A stretch of DNA of 64,000 nt from Desulfomonilia bacterium (GTDB lineage: Bacteria; Desulfobacterota; Desulfomonilia; UBA1062), in NCBI GenBank assembly GCA_963664325.2, contig CAXXDQ010000003.1:896001-960000 (forward strand), in the 5' to 3' direction. The translations under genes and the position numbers were made by a program. Below are positions 56,187 to 64,000 of this stretch, one piece after another. Position 1 is the first letter of the stretch, and each line of letters begins with the position of its first letter. The notes under the pieces were generated by a model. The model ran no database searches and was not told the origin of the DNA. It worked only from the letters and a program-made list of their open reading frames with translations.

Positions 56187-58091
56187 TCATGCACGAAACC
56201 TTTTTCTCCACATCATTATGACAAGGAGCAGCCATATCTTGTCGACTGTAATTAAACCATTTTTATTTTTAAATTCATGAACCATACTCTCAATCAGTTT
56301 CGGGTTAAGGAAGCTCTGGGATGTTAATACATCCGGGTTGAGATATTCATCTACCATGCCAATCAGCTCATCATGAAGCCATGAATATATCGGGACGGCA
56401 AAGCCCTGCTTCGGCCTGTCAAACAGACTGCCGGGTATATATTTCTGGAGAAGCTTTTTTAGTATATATTTAGTTTGGCCGTTCTTATATTTCAAACCAA
56501 TGGGCAGTCTCAGGGCAAACTCCACAATCCTGTGATCGAGCATGGGTTCCCGGCTTTCAAGGCTTGCGTACATGGACGCCCTGTCAACCTTGGTGAGGAT
56601 GTCATCCGGCAGGTAATACTTCATGTCCCAGAGCATCATTGCCTGTAGCAGGGTGTCTTTCCGGGCATTCAGCTTGTTCCTGCCGTCCGAATAGGCACCT
56701 GTAAGTTTTGCAATTTCATCCGGCAGCCAGTAGGCGACAGCAAAGGGATAGGCCGATGATGCACCGCTTTGCCAGTTTGAAAGCACTGCATTGAGTTTTC
56801 TTAAACGGTCCTTTATTGCAGGAAGCCTCAGGGCAGGGAACGCCTGTGAGAGTTTCGATATAATGTCGATACCAAGCGCTTCCATGATTTTTCCCGATGT
56901 TCTAGGGATGAGGCCAGGCATACATGAAAGGGTTTTATCAAGCCCTTTCATGACCCAATAGCGGTGATAGCCGCAGAAAAGTTCATCACCTCCATCGGCT
57001 GATAGGCTTACCTTGACATTTTTCCTTGTTATTTGTGAGACAATTGTTGTCGGAATGCCGGAAATGTCTCCAAAGGGTTCATCATATATCTCTGGCCATA
57101 GCGGCAAGATTTTCTTTGCATGATCTGATGTGACAATTTCTTCGGTATGCTCAGTGCCGAGATACTCCGAAATCTTTTTGGCCCATGGCGATTCGTCATA
57201 ATTTTTCTCATTGAAACCAATTGTGAAAGTCTTGATATCCGCTCCGCTGTGCCTGGCCAGAATTGCGGTCACAAGGGAGGAGTCAACGCCTCCCGAGAGG
57301 AAAACACCCACAGGGACATCCGCTATAAGCCGCTTTTTAAAGGCGTCAATCATTATATTTTCGAGCTCGTCCAGGCATAAGTTTTCGCTGACTGATTCAT
57401 GTGATTTTATAAAAGAGTCCATGTCCCAGTAGCGGTGATGATCAATCTTCATCTTCTCTGAAATTTTAATGAAGCAGCCCGGTTCAAGCTTGAATACGTT
57501 TTTATAGATTGAGCGCGGCTCCGAAATATATCCGTAATGGAAAAATTCGCCAAGCGCCTTTGAGTCTGTTTCCAGTTTGTAGGCAAGCCCTGCATGTATG
57601 GCCTTGAGCTCGGAGGCGAATGCGAGAGTGCCGTTATGTGCATAGTAATAAAGAGGCTTTACGCCCATTCTGTCCCTGAAAAGGTAAAGGGATTTTTCCA
57701 ATGAATCCCAGAGTGCAAAGGCGAACATGCCATTGAAGCGGCTGACGCAATCCGGTCCCCACTTGATGAATGAATTGAGGACGACTTCTGTATCCGATGA
57801 GCCGCGGAATGCAAATTCGCCGAGGTCTGTCTTCAATTCCCTGAAATTATACACTTCGCCGTTGTAGCAGATTGCATAGCGGCCGTCGGTTGAGGTCATG
57901 GGCTGATGCCCGGTCTCGCTCAAGTCGATGATTGTGAGCCGCCTGTGCCCCAGGGCGATTCCTGCTTTATCATCCAGATAAAGCCCGGCATCGTCCGGTC
58001 CGCCTTTGCTCATGACATCACGCATCCTGATGCAGATATCCTGCAGGCTCTCTTTATAGGATTGGTTCCAGATTCCGGCTATTCTGCACAT
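56187..58091 (-). CDS. asnB: Asparagine synthase-like glutamine amidotransferase (polysaccharide-cluster type)
   Basis: N-terminal Cys2, GHRRL, GHQPM, NGEVYNF, LSGGVDSS, KVDRASM. Confidence 0.92.
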   Translation of the reverse strand: MCRIAGIWNQSYKESLQDICIRMRDVMSKGGPDDAGLYLDDKAGIALGHRRLTIIDLSETGHQPMTSTDGRYAICYNGEVYNFRELKTDLGEFAFRGSSDTEVVLNSFIKWGPDCVSRFNGMFAFALWDSLEKSLYLFRDRMGVKPLYYYAHNGTLAFASELKAIHAGLAYKLETDSKALGEFFHYGYISEPRSIYKNVFKLEPGCFIKISEKMKIDHHRYWDMDSFIKSHESVSENLCLDELENIMIDAFKKRLIADVPVGVFLSGGVDSSLVTAILARHSGADIKTFTIGFNEKNYDESPWAKKISEYLGTEHTEEIVTSDHAKKILPLWPEIYDEPFGDISGIPTTIVSQITRKNVKVSLSADGGDELFCGYHRYWVMKGLDKTLSCMPGLIPRTSGKIMEALGIDIISKLSQAFPALRLPAIKDRLRKLNAVLSNWQSGASSAYPFAVAYWLPDEIAKLTGAYSDGRNKLNARKDTLLQAMMLWDMKYYLPDDILTKVDRASMYASLESREPMLDHRIVEFALRLPIGLKYKNGQTKYILKKLLQKYIPGSLFDRPKQGFAVPIYSWLHDELIGMVDEYLNPDVLTSQSFLNPKLIESMVHEFKNKNGLITVDKIWLLLVIMMWRKRFRA

Positions 58092-58134
58092 GATTGGACT
58101 ATAGAAATTATACCTTGAACAATAAATTTGATTT

Positions 58135-59325
58135 TTATTTTTGGGGATTTGTTGATTTGTTATCCTTCTGTTCTGATTTATAATATTTAAGGTATAAATC
58201 TTCGTATTGTTTCACAATTGAATTTACATCAAAGAAGTTCATTACTCTTTGTCTTGCTGATTTCCCAATAGCTTCACGATTCGTTTTGGGGAGTGATAAA
58301 TAATATTCACATCTTGCTGCAAGATTTTCCATGTCACCCTTCGGCACAATCCAGCCTGTATCTCCAAGGATAAGTTTCTGCTCTCCACAATCTGTTGAAA
58401 CACATGGAACACCGGATGCCATAGCTTCAATAAGAACGATGCCAAAAGCTTCACTCCACGAAGTTAAACAAACAAGATCAAGTGAGGCTGTTATGTTTGA
58501 AATGTCTTCTCGATTTCCTAAAAGATGGAAAACATCATTCAAATTCATCTTTGTAATAAGTGAGTTCAGGATAGGATTTGACCAGTTGACTGATTGTCCT
58601 GCCATTAAAAAGTGAATTTCCGGTGATTTTTGATGAAGATATTTTGCAGCTTCAATAAAACCTTCTTGATTTTTTATCGGGTCAAAGCGACCGATATTTC
58701 CAATTAATGGAGTTGTTTCGGATATGCCTAATTCCCTACGAATATTTTTTCTGGAATTGTCATCTGGTTTAAACTCATTCAGATCAACACCATTTGGAAT
58801 AACCAGTGAATTTGATTTACTGTATCCTAGCTCCTCGTGATATCTTTTTGCATGGTTGGACACATACTGGATACAGTCCGGGAGGTATAAAGAGAGTTTG
58901 GTACAACACCATAGTGTAAGCTTGGTTAACAAGTTGGTGTTTGATAACAAAACACCAGAGGCATGTATTCCCCAAATTAAAACCGGTATTCCGGCCAACT
59001 TACTTGCCATGCCACCTATCAGATTGGAGTGGTACAGCCAAGTGTGCAATATATCAGGTTTAATCTTTTTAAGCCGTACAACCAAGCGTAAGAAATCCAA
59101 AAGATTGGGCATATTACGATTCATGTTAAGGGACTCAACGGGAATATCCAATTCACTTATCTTAAACCCAATTTCTCCTATGCCTTTTAAAGAGATTACA
59201 ATTGGTGAGAACCTGCTCCTGTCAATCCTTTCAAGAAGTTTTAGGAGCATTATTTCAGCGCCTCCTGTAGAGAGTTGAGTGATAATGTATAATATGGTTA
59301 TATTTTTTTCTTTAAAATTGTTCAT
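58135..59325 (-). CDS. GT4 glycosyltransferase (low GC)
   Basis: GGAE, IPNGVD, GRFDPIKN, EAFGIVLIEAMA. Confidence 0.92.
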   Translation of the reverse strand: MNNFKEKNITILYIITQLSTGGAEIMLLKLLERIDRSRFSPIVISLKGIGEIGFKISELDIPVESLNMNRNMPNLLDFLRLVVRLKKIKPDILHTWLYHSNLIGGMASKLAGIPVLIWGIHASGVLLSNTNLLTKLTLWCCTKLSLYLPDCIQYVSNHAKRYHEELGYSKSNSLVIPNGVDLNEFKPDDNSRKNIRRELGISETTPLIGNIGRFDPIKNQEGFIEAAKYLHQKSPEIHFLMAGQSVNWSNPILNSLITKMNLNDVFHLLGNREDISNITASLDLVCLTSWSEAFGIVLIEAMASGVPCVSTDCGEQKLILGDTGWIVPKGDMENLAARCEYYLSLPKTNREAIGKSARQRVMNFFDVNSIVKQYEDLYLKYYKSEQKDNKSTNPQK

Positions 59326-59549
59326 AAGTTCAGCTCAACACTTATTCTTGCGGGGCACACCAGTGTTATGCACTTATAAAAAGAAAATTGAATCAAACTG
59401 AAGATAGTATAATTTTATCATAAACGGATCCATTTGAAGATTTAATAAGTATAAGACCAGACAGATTCTTTCTTGATGGTTCTGATATATCTTTAAACAG
59501 AAATATTTTGAACAGATTGATCATGAAATGTATGTTAACCTTTAATACC

Positions 59550-59770
59550 TTAGTTGGGAATAAACTAAATAAACTTTTTTAGGTATATCATTTCCTGACG
59601 ATGGGTTAAACCTCGGTTTTTAGTATTCCAATGGCTTCTGTTTCCCATGGATATCCCAAGAGTTGATGCTTGTTCGACTGTAGTGCATCTTTTCAATAGA
59701 TTTGAGCCCACGATCTACCTGCGAATAGCCTCTGTCATAGAGATATCATTTGGTTTAGGAGGAAAAGGCC
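59550..59770 (-). pseudogene. Possible decayed radical SAM gene remnant
   Basis: Minus-strand fragments GSNLLKRCTTVEQA and, in a shifted frame, LLGYPWETE, interrupted by stops. Confidence 0.4.
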
Positions 59771-59775
59771 GCTAT

Positions 59776-61227
59776 TTATATTATCAATTTCCTCAACGCT
59801 TTAAGTTTTCTTATTATAAATACAGGTAATATGGACTGTATAATATATGCAATTTGCATCGGGTTCTTAAATATAAAAATCAATATTTCTTTCCACAAAT
59901 AAGGTATCTGACTTTTGAAGCCTTCCTTTGTTAATATTCTATCGATAGATACATTGTTCATGATTCTGTTCTCAAAGGTCAGAAGCCTTGCAAGTGAGTT
60001 TTCAACAGTAAAAAGAGGGACAGGTTCATATGACAACCAAAAATTATCATCAATATTTCCTGCCTTTTTCATAATCTCATAAACTTCTGTACCAGGATAA
60101 ACTATTAACTTTCCTACACCGGCAATGTAATTATAATGAATTTTCTGTGTTTTTTTTACTAGTTTGATGGTTTCTGAAATAGTCTCATCATTTTCTCCTG
60201 GAAATCCGCACATTAAAAATGTTGTTATATCGAAATCAATACCCCTGATATTTTCGAAAAGGTTTATTGCATCTTCTGGCTTGATGTTTTTATGGATCGA
60301 TTTTAGTAAAGTTCTGGAGCCTGTCTCTAGGCCGAACATAATCTTAGTAAAACCAGCTTTTTTCATCAATAAGAACATTTCCCTTGAAGAAGGTTTTACA
60401 CGGGCAGAACATATAAACTTTAAACCCAGTTTTTGTTTGATCAAGAGTTCACATAGGTTAAATGTACGTTTTTGGTCCAATGTAAGCGTATCATCATGAA
60501 ATTGAACTGTATGCAATGAAGGATAGGTTTCTTTTAATAGTATCAGCTCCTCAACTACTTTTTCTGGATCCCTTGTCCTCCATTTGCGTTCTGAAATAAT
60601 ATGCAAGCAACAGAAACTACATTTGAATGGGCAACCCCTGGAAGTGATCATGTGTGCAACTTTTCTTTTTGGTTCATTTTCAAAAAATATTTGATGTTTA
60701 GGAAAGGGTAGTAAGTCTAAGTCCTGAATTAACGGCCGGGGATTAGTCATAATTACCTGACCATCTCTCCAGAAGGCCAGGCCTTCTATGCTATTAAGAG
60801 AACTTCCTGACTTATAGGAATTTATGAGTTGCTTTAGTGTTATTTCCCCTTCTCCTATCACCACGATCACAGTAGGATATTTGTTTAATAACTGGTGGTA
60901 CATGATTGATGCGTGAATACCGCCTAGCACGACACGTATATGAGGATACTTTAATAATAGTACATCCAAAATCTTATAAGTTGCTACACGATTCATTGTG
61001 AATACCTGAAGTCCAACTACATCAGGGTTCCATTCGCGGACAGTTGAAAAAAATCTTTCATATGTTCTTTCATAACTATAATTATTCATGAATAAAGTTT
61101 TTACTTCGTTGCCATCTTGTTCAAGTACTGAATGCAAGTATGCTATTCCTAACGGATATGCGTAATCTGGGCGGGGATCGAATCGACTTTGATCTTCAAT
61201 TGATAAACTAGCCAATAAGATTTTCAT
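59776..61227 (-). CDS. B12-binding radical SAM protein (class B methyltransferase-like), low GC
   Basis: PLGIAYL, GGIHAS, GEGE, SRGCPFKCSFC, GLETG, GFPGE, YPGT. Confidence 0.92.
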   Translation of the reverse strand: MKILLASLSIEDQSRFDPRPDYAYPLGIAYLHSVLEQDGNEVKTLFMNNYSYERTYERFFSTVREWNPDVVGLQVFTMNRVATYKILDVLLLKYPHIRVVLGGIHASIMYHQLLNKYPTVIVVIGEGEITLKQLINSYKSGSSLNSIEGLAFWRDGQVIMTNPRPLIQDLDLLPFPKHQIFFENEPKRKVAHMITSRGCPFKCSFCCLHIISERKWRTRDPEKVVEELILLKETYPSLHTVQFHDDTLTLDQKRTFNLCELLIKQKLGLKFICSARVKPSSREMFLLMKKAGFTKIMFGLETGSRTLLKSIHKNIKPEDAINLFENIRGIDFDITTFLMCGFPGENDETISETIKLVKKTQKIHYNYIAGVGKLIVYPGTEVYEIMKKAGNIDDNFWLSYEPVPLFTVENSLARLLTFENRIMNNVSIDRILTKEGFKSQIPYLWKEILIFIFKNPMQIAYIIQSILPVFIIRKLKALRKLII

Positions 61228-61403
61228 TTTTCTAAGAAATTATTATTGTGTTATTCGTCAATCTCGAAATGCTCCGCCAATCCCGGTGAAAGGGATATGG
61301 TTTGCAAAAGATATGTAATAATCAATGTCCATCATTTGTTTGTGAGGAAACAAGAAAAGAAAGTTCTGTTCCCTATGTCCGAATCATTTTGTTGAGCTAG
61401 TTA

Positions 61404-62507
61404 TCAAGATTTATCGGCAATCTGATTATATTGTTTAATATATTTTCGGGCAATAGCGGGCCATGAAACATTTTCATCAATTTTACTGCTGATGTCTGTA
61501 CTGTCGGAACTCTTCAAAGCGTTCACAATGGCATTTGCCAGATTTCGGGCATCTCCTCTTTTAAAAAGACCGTCATCATGTACAAATGTTCTGTTAGCAT
61601 CGATATCGCTTACAACTGGAACAAGTCCTGCTGCAAGGGCCTCAAGCAAAGAAACGGATGTCCCATCAGCCAAAGACGTTGAAACATAAACCTTCGCTTT
61701 CTCCATGTATGAAGGGATCTCGCTGTTATCCAGCATGCCCGTAAAAATGATATTTCTTGTAAAGCCAAGTTCATCGGCCAGGTTTTGAAGATATTTTTTC
61801 TGCGAACCTTCGCCGACAATTATAAAACTTGCATCAGGTTCCTCCTGAATAACAAGGGGGACAGCTTTAATTAGCGTTTCAACATCATAAACCGGCTCCA
61901 GGCTTCTTGTGGATATAACCGTTTTTGAATTATTATCAGGATTGACTTCAAAGAACCTCTCGTCAATGCCTGATGAAATCACTTCGGCACAGGATAATGC
62001 CATGTTTGATTTCATATTTTCCGAGACAACTGTAATTCCATCAGAGAGGAACGCTGAAAGATTGAACAAGGGTTTTATCAGTGATTTCTGGCCGATGCGA
62101 TAGTCCATCCCGCGTACAGAATTTATGACATGCCGTCCTGTCAGTTTTCCAGCAAAGGCGGCGATAAGCCCTGTCGGGACGATCCAGTTGCCGTGTATTA
62201 TATCAGGTTTTTCCTTGATGATCAGGCGTAGAGCTGCGAAGAGTCCTGTGAGCATGTAAACGCTCATTGCAAAAACTGGTATTTTGCCGCTCTGTCCTAA
62301 AGGCTTTCCTCTGCTTGGGTACCAGAAACGATGGACAGGAATATCTTCATCAATTTCAAATTTCCGGCTTTCCTTGAAAACTTTAGGGCACAGAACAATA
62401 ATTTCTATCCCTTCATTTTTCAAGGCAAGGCAAAGCTTTTTTATGAAGATACCGCGATATGAACCCGGATAATCAGGATAGCCGTTGGATATCATCAGGA
62501 CTTTCAC
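61404..62507 (-). CDS. GT4 glycosyltransferase
   Basis: GYP---G--GIF, HGNW, RGMD, DGTSVSLLEALAAG; GTG start inferred. Confidence 0.87.
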   Translation of the reverse strand: MKVLMISNGYPDYPGSYRGIFIKKLCLALKNEGIEIIVLCPKVFKESRKFEIDEDIPVHRFWYPSRGKPLGQSGKIPVFAMSVYMLTGLFAALRLIIKEKPDIIHGNWIVPTGLIAAFAGKLTGRHVINSVRGMDYRIGQKSLIKPLFNLSAFLSDGITVVSENMKSNMALSCAEVISSGIDERFFEVNPDNNSKTVISTRSLEPVYDVETLIKAVPLVIQEEPDASFIIVGEGSQKKYLQNLADELGFTRNIIFTGMLDNSEIPSYMEKAKVYVSTSLADGTSVSLLEALAAGLVPVVSDIDANRTFVHDDGLFKRGDARNLANAIVNALKSSDSTDISSKIDENVSWPAIARKYIKQYNQIADKS

Positions 62508-62596
62508 AATTAAAGCTATGCCACATGAATAGTTTCGGCGCAAGCAGTTGGGAGATATTGGAATATGTAATTATGTATGTTTGTATTACAAAGTTA

Positions 62597-62625
62597 TTGA
62601 CAAACGGGGCGTCATTTATTAGCAT
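62597..62625 (+). promoter_or_regulatory. Putative sigma70 promoter for acyl-CoA dehydrogenase
   Basis: TTGACA - 17 nt - TAGCAT. Confidence 0.5.
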
Positions 62626-62674
62626 TTTTTTATCGGGGCCAAACGGCCCTTTAATTCAGAATGGGGAGGATATA

Positions 62675-63826
62675 GTGTCTTTGCTCGATGCTTCGTATTC
62701 CAATGAACACAAGATATTTCGTGAGGCCGTAAGGAGATACTTTGAAAAGGAAGTAACACCTCATGCGGATGAATGGGAGAAAAACGGCATAGTTCCGAAA
62801 AAGGCCTGGAAAGATCTCGCAGCACAGGGTTTTTTATGCCCGTGGCTGCCTGAGGAATATGGCGGAACAGCCGCCGATTTCCTCTATTCATTCATCCTGG
62901 TCGAGGAAATGGTCAAGACCCGTTGCGGCGGATTTTTTTTCCCTCTTCACTCAGACATCATAGTCCCTTACATATACAGCTTCGGAAGTGATGAGCAGAA
63001 GGCAAAATGGCTGCCGGGCTGTGCATCGGGCGACATCATAACGGCCATAGCCATGACCGAGCCAAATGCCGGTTCAGATCTTGCCAATATCAAGACAACG
63101 GCAATAAAGGACGGCGACAGCTACATTATCAACGGCCAGAAAACATTTATCTCAAACGGCATAAACTGCGACCTGGTTATTGTGGCTGCAAAGACCGATC
63201 CCAAGGCCAACCCGCCTTATGCGGGGGTTTCGCTTATCGTTGTTGAAGACGGCACCCCGGGCTTTGAGCGAGGCAGAAAGCTTGAAAAGATAGGGCTTCA
63301 TTCCCAGGATACCACTGAGATGTCGTTTGTCGATTGCAGGGTACCAGTTTCCAATCTGCTCGGCCAGGAAGGCCAGGGGTTTTATTATCTTATGCAAAAG
63401 CTTCAGCAGGAAAGGCTGGTATGTGCCATGGGGGCGCAGGTAGGTGCTGAGGAATCCTTGAGGCTGACCATCGATTTCTGCAGATCACGCGAGGCGTTCG
63501 GCCGGCCGATAAGCCGGTTCCAGTACATCTCATTCGAACTGGCAAAACTGGCGACCGAGGTGGAAATCGGCAGGACCTTCCTCGAAAGCCTGATTATCGA
63601 GCACATGGCAAAGAAGGATGTGGTCATGAAAGCTTCAATGGCCAAATACTGGATTTGCGAGATGCTGAACCGTGTTGTAGGCCAGTGCGTCCAGTTCCAC
63701 GGCGGGTATGGATACATGGAGGAATACCCGATTGCACGCGCCTTCAGAGACGCACGGGTGCAGACGATATATGCGGGCACATCCGAAATAATGCTTCTTA
63801 TTATCAGCCGTCAGATGGGATTGTAA
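62675..63826 (+). CDS. Acyl-CoA dehydrogenase
   Basis: AMTEPNAGSDL, NGQKTFISNG, ERL, REAFG, GGYGYMEEYPI; GTG start after GGAGG. Confidence 0.94.
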   Translation: MSLLDASYSNEHKIFREAVRRYFEKEVTPHADEWEKNGIVPKKAWKDLAAQGFLCPWLPEEYGGTAADFLYSFILVEEMVKTRCGGFFFPLHSDIIVPYIYSFGSDEQKAKWLPGCASGDIITAIAMTEPNAGSDLANIKTTAIKDGDSYIINGQKTFISNGINCDLVIVAAKTDPKANPPYAGVSLIVVEDGTPGFERGRKLEKIGLHSQDTTEMSFVDCRVPVSNLLGQEGQGFYYLMQKLQQERLVCAMGAQVGAEESLRLTIDFCRSREAFGRPISRFQYISFELAKLATEVEIGRTFLESLIIEHMAKKDVVMKASMAKYWICEMLNRVVGQCVQFHGGYGYMEEYPIARAFRDARVQTIYAGTSEIMLLIISRQMGL

Positions 63827-63830
63827 GGCT

Positions 63831-64000
63831 ATGTTGAAAGGTCTTAGAATCCTTGATTTCAGTTATCTTCTGCCGGGTCCGCTTGCAACAGTAATGCTTG
63901 CCGATATGGGCGCCGAAGTCTTGAAGATCGAATCGCCGGTAAAGGTTGACCTTGTAAGGCTTGCTCCGCCATTTATTGATGATGACTGCAAAATTTCATA
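63831..64000 (+). CDS. CaiB/BaiF family III CoA-transferase (3'-truncated by window edge)
   Basis: MLKGLRILDFSYLLPGP-AT-MLADMGAEVLKIE. Confidence 0.88.
   Translation, partial: MLKGLRILDFSYLLPGPLATVMLADMGAEVLKIESPVKVDLVRLAPPFIDDDCKIS

Noticed and set aside
62566-62590. TGTAAT...ATTACA inverted pair upstream of the acyl-CoA dehydrogenase promoter
   Set aside because: Only 6-bp arms in AT-rich DNA; indistinguishable from chance without comparative data

Overview
This window is bacterial chromosomal DNA, most likely from an anaerobic deltaproteobacterium (Desulfobacterota/Syntrophia-like). That assignment is inferred from the split atpBE operon, gene content and intermediate GC. Contents in order: end of atpB-atpE; an rph-rdgB-archease-rtcB operon; two convergent GT-C membrane glycosyltransferases; an aminotransferase and MFS transporter; a fucose-isomerase-like plus GH5 pair; a cobalamin-riboswitch-controlled BtuB locus with two large lipoproteins; galM; a PAS hybrid kinase; a tandem two-esterase lipoprotein; an amino-sugar/N-acyl catabolic cluster (three PIG-L genes, GPH-type MFS with a ~180-aa inserted loop, ceramidase-like, SIS, HAD, QueG-like); an FGE/SUMF1 fusion lipoprotein; a double-cubane/desulfurase/yedF/DUF3343 cluster; a complete trpEGDCFBA operon with an unannotated Trp-rich leader and attenuator; a partly low-GC surface-polysaccharide cluster; and an acyl-CoA dehydrogenase plus CoA-transferase start. 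No rRNA, tRNA, CRISPR, integrase or transposase was seen. The best candidates for novelty are (1) a Bacteroides-style surface B12-capture module (BtuG-like propeller, PKD and BtuH-like domain fused) whose riboswitch hosts an inserted palindromic element, (2) the deacetylase/amidase/MFS catabolic cluster, and (3) small intergenic hairpins whose arms are built from 7- or 8-nt tandem repeats. All family assignments are by motif recognition; no searches were run.
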